Both the position numbers and the translations under genes were made by a program. From Balanoglossus misakiensis (Eukaryota; Animalia; Hemichordata), in NCBI GenBank assembly GCA_040954595.2, contig CM082580.2, positions 9,960,390-10,024,389 of the forward strand: a DNA stretch of 64,000 bases. Direction: 5' to 3'. A model generated the notes under the pieces. It made no database searches and was not told the origin of the DNA. It saw only the letters and a program-made list of their open reading frames with translations. Positions 12,601 to 24,728 of this stretch are shown here, piece after piece (position 1 is the stretch's first letter; each line of letters opens with the position of its first letter).

Positions 12601-15600
12601 ACTAAAATTTGGAGAATCTGCAGACACCGCAGTATTACAATTTAATAATCATGGAGAACTGCTGCTGGATCTGTGTGAACCAAGGAACACTCATGACCAT
12701 CAGCTTAAGGTGATATTCAACAGCAAACTATGTCATACCTGAACATAAAACACGGTGGTATGCATGACCAGATGGTGAGCTGCTGATATCGCTTGGTTCA
12801 CTAACACAGACTTCCTCAGATTGTATCCCTGTGGCAGATGTTTGGGATGTGTTGCCACGTGCATCGGCATCAGGTGACGTTGCTTCACATGAACCACCAT
12901 TAGCTGGATTACCTGAAAGCAACAAAAAGCATGACATTTGCACAAAATGAGAAACACATGCATTTTCACTTGTGAAATCTTCAATTTACATATAACTGGA
13001 AACTTAGTTCAAAAAAGGACTTGAGAATTAATTTTTGAGGCAGTAATAAAATATCATAATAACATTTTCAAAATCATACATGTACTTTTCAGTCTGGTTA
13101 CCTTTGACTTGAAATGCATCTGTCATTAAACTGACTTTCAGCGAGTCACTATTGTCGACAATTTGGTCAGCAATCTTTTTGATGACTTTCAGTAGTTCTC
13201 CACTCTCAAACTGTCGATATAATTTGAGTAGTTCTTCCTGACTAGTGACCTCTATATCCATCAGAATACATCCCTGGCGGACATCTTTTAATTTCAACTG
13301 CAGAGAGTCTTCAACACTGGTAATATTTTCTTTCAAGTAATTGTACAGCTGTAGCTCCTCATCACCAGTGAGACCGATCTTTAATGTCACTGTTGTTTTA
13401 AAAGTAATGTACAGTTGATGTGCGATTAATCTCTCTTCAGTGTTTAATTGATAGGCTGAATGACAAACTGTGCAAAAACCTTTTATCCCCCATTTCGGAT
13501 ATGTGACTGGGGTCCACTTGATGACAGTTTGTAGACAAGATGGTTTGGCCAATTACATGTAAGTCTGGTGATGAAATGGTTAAAATCCAACACAGCAAAC
13601 TGATTTCACACACATCGCAACAAAATAATGGAAGTTCTGTATAATCATGGCTGCACAACATCCAGATGTAAATATGTTGGGCAAGGGTATCTTGATAGTC
13701 TCGCATCTGATTTGATTGTGTATGTCAGTTATTTGAACATTTTGTCAATACGTGAATCACATTAATGATAAAATTAGAAAAATCTCTACAAAATATTTTT
13801 TTTAAATAAGTACGAAATGAAATGGCAATGTTTCCAATCCCCCAAAAGGCTGGCTATACATGTACATGCACCATGTGAAGATGTTACTATTCCGAATGCA
13901 ACGTGATGAGACAGTGAGTGAATGAGTCCAGATGTCCAACTTGAGGAAAAAATTAAATGTTAAACTACTATACCTGTTATACGCTGTGTAGGATGTGCAT
14001 CCTTCTCTTTCAGGAGAAATTGCATGGAATCTGTAAGTGTAAATAATATACATGTCAATTGAAATAGACTATTAAAATCAAAATGTAAGTATGTAAGTAT
14101 GTCAGTATGTATGTCAGTATGTATGTATGTATGTATGTATGTATGTATGTATGTATGTATGTATGTATGTATGTATGTATGTATGTATGTATGTATGTAT
14201 GTATGTATGTATGTATGTATGTATGTATGTATGTATGTTTAAATAAAGTATGTATAAAGCTGAACTACATGTAGGTTGTGCCTAGTGTATTATACAGGCT
14301 GTTTTAATAGAATATATGATCAATCTAATTCACATATGCTGATATGTTTATATAATTAAAGGGTGTGACAGGTTCCTTGACTTTTTGAATTGCAACCCCC
14401 CCCCCCCCCCCCCCCCCCCCCCCACCACCACTATTTAATGATTTAAAGTTACCGTACCTGGTAAATCAACTGCATGTCCAGATAATTCTGCATATGCACA
14501 TAGCGACTGATCATGTTCTGTCATGATTTGCCATGCTTGCTCACTGATCTCAACTTGATATTCAGACGATACCATACTGCATGACTTGATATCTGCAAAT
14601 TCATGAGTAAATTGTTCTGAACCTGAAATGACAGATACATGTAAACTAATGTGTGAATTCTTTTTTTTTTCAGAAGGCCACCCAGTTCTAATTTAACAAC
14701 ATCATCCTCTACATACATGTACCGTACATTATGTTTGCAGATCATGTTTGTAAATGAAAGGATTCGGCAGTCCCATCACATTGTACATGTATTAAATTCT
14801 GAAATCTGAGCAGATAGACAATGTCAAATCATGCACACCTTGGAGATCACGCACGACATCAACGAAGTCTTGCTCAAATGTGACCACATCAAGTACAGGT
14901 GTCTTAACTCTGGTGTCTTGGATGACTTGTGTTGTCAGCAATAGCCTCCTGATTTGGGCACTGGCCTGACCACTCTTCAGCTTTGACAAGAGCTGCCTTG
15001 CATCACTTGCAGTCCTCGGGAAGGCCTGCAGAATGATGCAGCCTTCAGCAAGTGCAACCCTCTCGCATATGAGAATGGACAGCAGGTCTTCTAGGACTTG
15101 GCTTCGGACACCATCCGAGGACTGCAACATTTGCATGATTACAGTCACAAGGGTCCTACAGCAATGCAGTACAATTCGCACTGCAAAGTAAAGTAACATT
15201 AGCAACTATTATCAGTTTTAGCTATTCTTGACTAATCATACAGAGATGTACTCAACAATTGGTCAGTTAATGTTCATCTATGCATGACCACCTAATCAAT
15301 ATGGTCATCATGATCATCATTGTAATGCAATTATAAAAACTAAAGAAATTAAACAAACATAAAAAGCAATTACATACAAGAATGGTCTCATATAAAGCAA
15401 GATGTGTACTATAGACATACATGTATGTACATGTATTCAATACATGTCTTACTGATTTCAAACAGAACATTTTGAATGGTACCAGTAAAAGCCTGCACAC
15501 CCTTGAGTAAGGTCAGAACTACTGTATTCATTCTAGGCCTCTTAATCTCATAAGAACACTAAAGTCTAAATAAGACAGAGGCACTCCCCCTGACCACATT

Positions 15601-18429
15601 TTTCCATTACTCTCTGGATTGAAGGTCTTTTCATCACTCGGGAAAGATCAGCTCTTACCTGCATTTCCTTGCCTAGAGTGAATGTCTGCTTTCGTTGCAT
15701 AATAATCTTCTCTGGACAATGGCAGTTCATGATCACCTAGTAGAAATATAAATTTGACAATGATTACTGATACAAAACTTTTTTATTCATATTATGAAAA
15801 CATTGAAAAGAAGAAATATCAAAATATGAAGGTTTATTTGAATTTGTGTAAGACACGTTTCAATCTGACAGGAGCTGTATCTTTTATACATTTATAGCAC
15901 TAGTACTGTAACTTAATGTGTATACTGGTATATTTTGTACTGCACTAGTGTGTCAATGAGCAAACCAAAATTGTAATATTTAACTTCTTTATGGACCTAG
16001 CTGACTCCTTTGAATGCAGATATTTGGTGATTAATACTTTAAATGGATGCTAGTGGCACATAAAATTGTTTTAATTTGTGTTTTTGTGAAAATATTTTGA
16101 TATTTGCTTTCTGTTAACTATTGAACTCTTTTTCTACTAACTGAACATACCAAATAACAAAGAGTTCATAAAAAACAACAACATTATAATTGCTTTCTCA
16201 ATAGTCTTTTGTGCAGTTATGGCTAAAGCAACAGTTTAATTACCTAGTCTGAATTGATTTCCAGGTTCTACCACAATGACATTATCACGCTGAGGTGGAG
16301 CAAGAAGCTCACCATCATCTACATCATCATCAGGCAGACCATCATCACTACTGCCATCAATAATGTTACCAGTGCCACCATCAGGTAGATCTCCACCACA
16401 AGCCCCGGCTGGACCATTATTCTGCTGCAGTGCTAACGCCACAGACTCAACTGACATTATGAAGCATGATCCTACAGAAAGCATGTAAATTAAAATTATA
16501 CCCATATGCAAGTGAGTTCCAGATTTCCTGAAATATTGAAATTTGCAATTAGAATTCATACAAATTAGTTTAGCTCCACTATCAGCAATGTGAACTTAAT
16601 TATGAGATAGGCTGATTACCCATAACTTCTGGTCATACAGCTTTGATATTCAGTATACAGATTTGCTAAAACTGTGATGAAATCTTTAAAAGTGTACTTT
16701 TGAGCTGATTTTGCTGTTTTTTGGTCACTGTGCAACAAGGTTGTGATCCTATTTACTGTAAAGATCAATACAAACATCATGTCAATTTGCAGATTTGATG
16801 GTGAAAATGACAAATTATGAATGTTGCAGCTCATTTATATACTTGCCAGAAGGTGGGTCACAAACTTCTTCATTTGCTTGTTCAGTAGCCTCTTCACATG
16901 CTTCATCGCAGACTGCTTGTATTAGTTGTTGATGTGAACACATTCCTGGTTGCAAATCATCATCATCAACATTGTGTCTAGCATTTCGACGCCTCAGTTC
17001 TGTCATTGCTCGTGAAATCTCCACGTGATTTGTTCGCATTTCATCTCTAATGTTATCCATCTGTTGAGCCATTTGACATTGAAATCTGTTTTCTTCAGCT
17101 CCTCTTGCAACGTTTTCCTCTAGTTGAGTAAACATTCTTTGTGACTCTTGCATTGTACACTCCTTCATCTGTTCAGCAAGGCTTTTGTGCATTGTCTCCA
17201 TATGACTGATAAGGTATCTCCTGTTTTCCTCTTCCCTCATGCAATTTTCCACTTTTACTTCATCTATCATAGTCTTCATATCTTCCTGATATCTTCGCAA
17301 TTCATTGCCTACAGCTTCAACAACAGTTGCAACAAGAGTTGCAAGTTGTGTCTTGATCTCCACCACTTTTTCACGTAAATCGCCATGAATGGTATCCATT
17401 GCCTTCTTAAATTCCTGAAACTCTGTGTTCAGCTGATCGATTTTCAGTATGGTGTTAGATAGATTGTTACTGACAATTTGTTGCTGAATTGTTCCAAGTG
17501 TGTGTCCCAAAGTAGCAAAATTCTGCTCAATCTTGTTAGAAATTGCCTTCACCACTTCCTGTAACTTATCATCATGTGAGATGGTGTGAGTACGGAGCTT
17601 TTCCAGTGACTTTTTTACTTCGTGAAGTTCTTTGGACTGTTTATTGTTGTCAGTCTCAGTGTCTACCCCGGGTATGTCATCTGTCTGAATAGTGATGTCA
17701 TTCCTAGCTTCCTCGACTCGGGTACTTTGTGGTATTGTTGCCCGGGTACCACTTTTCTCCACTCCATTGTGATCCTCTTTATTCTCCTTGGCACAGTCTA
17801 TAGGTTTTCTGGGAGATGGAGATCTAGTTCTATCTATTTGCCGTCTTTGTGCATCTGTACAAACAAGGTACAATGTACACTAGCATGTCATATATCTGGT
17901 ATTACACTTGTACAAGCACCAACTTGTACACATAACTTACAAATGAGCAATATGGAGTACCATAGCCAAAACTGCGTTAGCCACAAGTGCACCCAAAAAT
18001 TTACAACGTTGCCAATTTAGTATACTTTTGCAAGCATGACTTGCCTTCGCACAGAAAAAGTATGCTGATGCTCACTGACTAGATCACACGCTAAATTATA
18101 GCATTATGTTGGCTGCATCTTAGAACCCTGATGACTCAAAATTACAAAACTCGATGTTCTTCTCGGAGTACATTGCTAATAAAGGAACAATTACACTCTG
18201 ATAAAATAATACCTTTTCCTTGCTGTTCCAGAACACTGTTTGTGATTTGAGTGTCACTTTCTTGGTTCCCCTTTTCATCACCATCTGACCCAGGCGTAAT
18301 GGAGGCTTTGGTTATATCTTTTATTTCCACTTCGTCTTTACATGCTGTAGACTGGTCTTGACTTTCTTTTTTCCTTTCAGCTTCGCGTAAAAGCTGATTC
18401 CCTGCTTGGACGTCCACTTCTGACATCAT
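7906..18429 (-). CDS. Gene B: NLR-like STAND protein, coiled-coil - 2x TRADD-N-like - NB-ARC - TPR - ankyrin repeats with inserted domain (~2058 aa, 15 exons)
   Basis: Exons 18213-18429, 16847-17854, 16244-16471, 15659-15736, 14839-15180, 14458-14622, 13974-14030, 13102-13389, 12739-12912, 12434-12558, 12088-12228, 10582-11902, 10345-10473, 10040-10162 and 7906-9686 splice into one frame of 6177 nt. The model needs one GC donor (16846) and one weak donor (10344). Motifs: IVGRE, Walker A GICGIGKT, Walker B WLLVLDNVD, sensor-1 IILTTRR, GLPLA, TPR AHYNLANVYLDLGNVKDALKH, and many TxLHxA ankyrin repeats. Confidence 0.8.
10582..12558 (-). CDS. NB-ARC/AP-ATPase-type STAND NTPase domain of gene B (three exons)
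   Basis: The ORF track misses two of the exons: 12434-12558 encodes KIVGREGVLKKM and 12088-12228 encodes VVSGICGIGKTQIASQY...YQNGVFWL. Exon 10582-11902 has WLLVLDNVD, GHIILTTRR, LEGLPLA and a winged-helix-like region. Confidence 0.9.
14087..14237. repeat. (GTAT)n microsatellite in gene B intron
   Basis: About 30 perfect GTAT units with a degenerate 5' edge. Confidence 0.97.
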
Positions 18430-19127
18430 GCTGCAATTATTATGTTGCTGTGAAAAAGGAAGTTTTTTTATGTTATTCCATATGTTAGTGTGAATTCAGG
18501 TCCCCATTCAGTTGAAACAAAGAAAAATGGTATATCATTCAGTATGGCCAATGAGAGTTAAATCCTCTTATGACACTTTCAATATACAGGTATGACTTTC
18601 CTAGATTGAAAATATACTGCTGCACTCAACTGCATGTGCTCCATAATTTTCACACAGTGGTGCCCGAGAATGCTAATGGAATGGAAACAAAATGGAGACC
18701 CCTTCCATGGCACAGGAGAGTGACATGTTTGAACAGCTAGCCTATAATGATACTATGTGCTACCAGAGCAAGGGAAAAAGATTACATTTTTAAAAACCAC
18801 GTTCATTCATAGATCTATTGCTATGTATAGCAAATAGAAAAAAATTTGTAAGTGCAGTTTTTTTATTGTGCAGTTTTTGCCTTCAAAAATGTTTCAATGG
18901 GGTAGGATAATAAATTTTCATGAATCAAGTTGAGTGTATGGGTTAAATCAAATAACTGTGTTGTTGACATGGACATTTGAAGCAATTTGAAATAATCCAG
19001 GAAATGTCACTGATAACCGTAAGTATTATGTCACCATGTTTTCTTATTTCACTTAAATATGAAAATTTGAAAGGAGATATTTATTCATGAAGAATCATAA
19101 ATGATGTTTCATAAATAAGAAACAGCT

Positions 19128-20220
19128 TCATTAATTGATTGATTGATAAATTCATTTACAGATCATTTCCATAGACGCTGAAGTTTCCTGTGAAAAGGAT
19201 ACTGTAAAACGGGAAATTTTCATGACAGGAAATTTCCCGATATCAAAGCAGCAACTGCTACGCGACGATTAATTTTCGCGTTCTCGTATTTCACTGCATA
19301 GTTATCTCCGAAGAAAACATTTTTGCCCAACTTTTTATTTTCGCATTTTTTGGCTCTTGCGTAGTTCGCAAAAATTTATCGTTCGCGAAAATGTCCCGTT
19401 TTACAGTATGTTGAGGTGTATTCTATAGTTGTGATTTTCAGATACCCATATATTTTATATGCCATCATTTTTCTTAAATTTCACTTACAGAAATTTATAT
19501 TCGGGAAGCCAGAAAATAAAATGATGTTTCGTATATTCATTCATTCATTCACACAAAATAATTTCCACGGAAAATTAAGTTTTCTACGAAAAGCATGTCC
19601 TCACTATAAGGCATTTTACACAGTAGTCTGACATGGCAGGTCACATGGTGTGTGGAATTCCCCTAACTGTATTCCACTTGTCGACTTTAGAACTTTAGAA
19701 GGCATCAATCTATACTTACTTATTTGCACAGCAGTTATGCCTTTGTGAAAATAAATTAATTCATGTGACAGGATATTCAAGAAGCAAGAATTTTCATTCA
19801 TTTATTCATTCATTCCCAAAAAATTCTTTCCATAGAAAATGAAGTTTTCTATGAAAAGCATGTCCTCGCTATTAGGCAATTTTACATAGCCTGGCATGGC
19901 AGCTAGGTCACACGGCATGACTAAATTCCTCCTACTATATTCCACCTGTTGATTTTAGAAGGACCTTATCTACTTACTTCAACCTCAGCAGCTATGTCAG
20001 TTTCATTAATTTATTCACAAAAAATACTTTCCATAGACAATCGTGTTTTCTATGATAAGCATGAGCTTTAAATTATAAATTGCACAGTGGTCTGATATGG
20101 CAGGTCGATCACATGACAAGTGGCAAGTGGAGTTCCCCTACTGTATTCTGATTGTTGTAGATTTTAGGCGGCCCTAATCTACATACCTGTATACCTCAGC
20201 ATACATTGTTTGTGAAAATA
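19128..20220. repeat. Degenerate tandem array of a ~210-260 bp unit (3 full copies + 1 MITE-interrupted partial)
   Basis: TTCATTCATT...TTTCCATAG...AAAAGCATGTCCTC...CATGGCAG..GGTCACA...CCTA.TGTATTC...ATCTA..TAC recurs at ~19536, ~19796 and ~20003, with a partial copy at 19128-19199. Confidence 0.75.
19200..19408. mobile_element. MITE with ~22-bp terminal inverted repeats and TA ends (Tc1/mariner-type non-autonomous)
   Basis: The left end TACTGTAAAACGGGAAATTTTC matches the reverse complement of the right end, TACTGTAAAACGGGACATTTTC, with 1 mismatch. No ORF. Confidence 0.85.
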
Positions 20221-21046
20221 TATCCAAGTTCTGAAAATACTTCCAAGTTCTGAATATACTTCCAAGTTTACGTGGGCTTTTAACATACATGGGCTGGCAT
20301 AGGTAAGCTTATCTGTGTTATCCACGCATGCAGATCACACGTTAATAAATCATGCAATTAGTAAAAGAAATCAAAACGAAAGTAAAACTTTAGCAGTCTT
20401 TTTTAACTTGATCATTTGACCAGACTTGTTGAAAGCTTTACAGTGTTTCTTTTTCGAGTTTAGAATTATTGAAACTACTGTATAGTTGTAAAAGTAAGTG
20501 ACAAATTTGATGACGTTGTCGGCATGTGATTGAACGCATGGTCTTTCTACAACCTAACATTTTTGCTCATAATCATAAGATATAATATACAATTATACAA
20601 TATTCACATTAACTTGAATAATAAGATCTGCTTAACATACCTTTTAGAAGAAGATCTTTGAACATGACGATGCAATTTAGCTACAAATCTTTCAGTTTAG
20701 CGAACACTACCAATGGGGCGATGAGAGCTCTAGGTATTGGCATGTGACCGACTCCCTAGACTGATGAAATAAACCCTTCAATTTAATTTAAATCATCAAC
20801 CAGGTTTTATAACTTTTAGAGAATCATGATGCACCCTAAAATAAGAACGGGCCATGATAGTTACAAATGTTCATCACTCTCCTATCAGAATTTTTTGGTT
20901 GTCCTGTGTCTCTTATGTCTGATTTTTGTTTTAATGATTTGAACGATCGTGAAACAAAAATCAGCCATGAAAAACACATCAGAAAATGACAGCAGCAGGG
21001 TGCGACCTTACAACTAATCTAATCCATATTCATGCCAATGTCACCT

Positions 21047-21875
21047 ATACACAGTTAGGGGGTCCTGATGGGACTTTCCCGTCCCCACCAGAGTCTGATG
21101 TCATCTCATTTGACACAACAATTTTATTACCTTCTGTAAAATGGAGTTTTGACCAATAAAATTCCACCCCCCAAAAAACAACATCAACAACAACAACAAC
21201 AAATCAATAATGATACCACATGTTGGCATATCATAATTACATCCCTTGGGCCCTGCAAACCTAACTGCAAAGAAAACAGATTGGCAGCTTCTGAGAAATT
21301 GTATAACAATAACTTGCCAACAAAATACAATATTAGCCATATTAATTTCACCATAATTTTTTCATATCACCATGAGAACACCTCTACGAACTTCCAAACT
21401 GAATTGCAAAGCAATCGGATGAACTGTTTCTGGAAAATAGGGTTTTGAGCCAAAATGGCAAAAATTGACCCAAACATACAATCTTGATATTTTCACCATG
21501 ATTTGAAAAAAAAAATTAAAGGAGGCCATCCCTGCACACCCTCGCATAAAATATTAGAGAAACTAGGTGAGTGGTTAAAAATGGAGATTTTTGACCAAAA
21601 ATGAAGAAAATGAAAATATCTGATAGATAGACAGAAAATGAAAGTCTATATAAAGCATGCCAATTTTCAAATCTGTCTGACCACAGTATTTGAGTTTTGA
21701 CCATTTTGAACATTTTTTATCTCTCTTGCAGCCCAGCATGTATCTACACCCCAAATACCAGGGTGAAATGTGCAACAGTTCACAAGAGTTTGAAGTGGAC
21801 GGATGGACATACACACAGTACAAACACACACACAGAAGATGGCTGCCAACTACTGGTAATCCCATAAGCTAGCTC
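21047..21875 (-). mobile_element. Putative non-autonomous interspersed element (HINE/DINE-like)
   Basis: The minus strand starts near CTAGCTTATGGGATTACC, has (GT)n/GTCCATCCGTCC microsatellite-like DNA near the 5' end, and has a terminal hairpin GGGAC-GGGAAA-GTCCC. Family assignment is inference. Confidence 0.4.
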
Positions 21876-22781
21876 CCACTGGAAATTGCTCACCCTCTCA
21901 AAACATTGAAAAGAAAAAAAATGAGTATAATAATACTTCTGTTCTACCTGCAGTAAAAACCTCACATATTTCAATCAGCGCTAAAATAATTTGTTTATCA
22001 ACAAAATCCAGCCTAAGTTATTTTCTTATCAGATAGCAAGCGTTTTTAGATATGGCCACAGGCAGTTTTGAAATAAAGATGTGACACATGAATCACAAGA
22101 TTTTCTTCTTTCAGTTTTAAAAATAATCAACATCCTGTATTTGATAGCAAAATTATACAGTTAACTTTATATCAAAACAGAGGAAACGTACATATGTAAA
22201 AAAAAATAGTCAGAATTTGGAAAACTGTACCTTGCCTTCTTTAATAAGCCAGAATGTAGACTCCATCATGGTCAATATAGACTTTTCAGGGAAAAGTTGA
22301 TCATAAAGGCCTATTAATATTGTCCACTGCTGCAACGTCACTGACGGTTGCACTGCTTGCGCAATATTCTTTTCACAATCCATCACCTGACAGTTAATTC
22401 TCGAGGGCTACTTAGGCGGTTATTTCAGCTTCAGAATCCTAGGAACAAAGTAAAAAGCAACCAGTTAATTTTTAAACCATTTAACTTTGGTATGATAACC
22501 AATTCTAAAATTAATCTCAGATATAAAAGCCAGCGGACATGTGATTAATAAGCTCATACATATCAAAACTATGTATTTAATTGTAAATCATCAAAATCAA
22601 AATGCGATATGTTTGTCAACTTTAGGGACATTCCAACCGGTACTTACAATATGCCAATTTACATGTAAGCATTGTTCACTAGTACGACAATATGTTTTCG
22701 TGACACTTGTTCAGTGACATAAACAAGCTCTTCTGATATTTAACTCTTCATAACATGACCATTAAACTCTACCTGTTAATT

Positions 22782-22783
<2 letters not shown>

Positions 22784-22826
<43 letters not shown>
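22784..22826. repeat. (CA)n microsatellite
   Basis: About 21 CA units. Confidence 0.97.
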
Positions 22827-22829
<3 letters not shown>

Positions 22830-24728
22830 TAGTTATGCACACATTTATAATGTTGGGAAAATAAGGTCTCACCTTTCAATATGGCTTGCAATTTGGAACA
22901 AAATCCCATCTATCCAAGTTCCAGTGTTATTATGAAGGAAAGCCACCCAATATTTAGTTAGCCCACGGTTACTAATAATTTGCAACATCTACATGTACAT
23001 GTATCTTCATGTGACTAACTCTTTTGAGAAACAAGTGCCTTTAATCACGTTAATGGTGGTTCCGTGCACTGATTTACAGTATTATGTCACCAATGAAACT
23101 GACAGTTGCTGAAAAGAGAGAGCTCAGACAAAATACATTAGTTTCCAAACTTGCTGTTTAACTTGTTGTTTTCACCTTTAGATTCAAGTCAATTAATGTT
23201 TGCAACTATTAATATAACACGTAACAAATTTACAAACCTATTATAGTATAAAAAGTAAGCAATATATTGCTGATTACTGGCATCGAAAGCTTGACTAAAT
23301 TCCCAGAAAAAGGCTAGGCAGTATATTAAAGTATGTGTTTGAGTGACTTCCATTGTAAAACTGCACTGTATTTCGTATAAAATGTATCCTAACATAGCGA
23401 TTCAAACATTTACCTCTTTCTGTTCTTAGCATTGCAGAACTGTAAAGACTAAGTTCAAGCTATAAATATTGCATCAAGAAGTTCTTTGAACCCTAACAAT
23501 AGATTGAGCTGTACTGTACATGCTTCTTAGCTTTTGTTGTGCACGAACCAAAGTTGCTCCGACTTAAATTCAATATGGCTATCTAACTATCAATAGCTCG
23601 CAGACAATTTTTTGATAACTGTGTGACTACATTTACAACAAAATTATCACAGCTCACCATTTGGGTATTAAAATTTTCAGATGTATTTTAAACTATTTAC
23701 ATGTACCAGTGTTTGTTGCTTTCACATAACGTTTTTAAGACAGCTGGACCTTAATTTGTTAGTTATTTTCTAACTTCTTTTGTAACACTGATCAGTCCAA
23801 CACATAACAAAAACTTTTCTAAACCAACTAAAATGCAATGTGTAATATGATTGCCAGCTGTGTCAAGTGTGCTGATGTGAATGTGTGGATCTTGTCACTG
23901 ACAACTACATGGTACATCAAAGTCCAACAAAATTTTACCCGTTCTAACACTGCCAAATGGTGAGTTGCAATAACTTCTGCTTGAAAGCTTGAATACAAAT
24001 AGAAAGCAACAATTTAAAGGAACATTTTACACACGTTAATATTTCTCTGTGGAATCAGACACAGAACTTTATTGATGTTCTTCATAAATACATGTCGGAT
24101 TTCTGCCCCTGGTTTCCAACAAATTACATCACAACTTGCTTTCTTATTCCACAAAGCAGACACAAACTACACATAATCTCTATTCATGTGAATGTTAAAC
24201 AGAAAGTCCGGGGAAAATGTGTAAATTTTGATTCTTATGGTTGTTATAAAATATTTTATGAAATTGCGATGTGCTACAATATGTTTTGCTTCATGTCTCA
24301 CTGATAACTCAAAATAATCGTACAGAAACTGAGATTACTATATATATACACAGAATATTATGCATATCACTTTTGAATTTTTACATTCTTTCTTTTACAA
24401 AAACATTATTTTTTCATACATGTCATTGTTTGTATCTACATCCTCAAACTAAACAAAGGTTTCCAATTGACATGTTGCTTTCACATCTTGCAAAATAAAA
24501 GGAATTGTTATAAACATGTATGATGTGAGTTGATTTCTAAATTGTTCAAAATTTGTATTGACTTCTTACACAAGAATGCTATAGTCCATCAGAGATCCTG
24601 AATCCTGTGGTTTCATTCCCAACCGTTCCTCTCAGCTAGTGTAAAAGTGCATAATTATGAGTGAGTGAATGTAAATTTAGTCTTTTATCAGTACACTACA
24701 GTACAGTACAGTACACGTTCATGTATGT

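Noticed and set aside
14396-14423. Long poly-C runs here, at 5411-5435 and at 63137-63162
   Set aside because: These are simple homopolymers whose lengths are unreliable in assemblies, with no functional evidence.
19128-20270. Repeat arrays here and at 56225-56352 as CRISPR-like arrays
   Set aside because: The context is eukaryotic, the units are degenerate with no repeat-spacer structure, and there are no cas genes.
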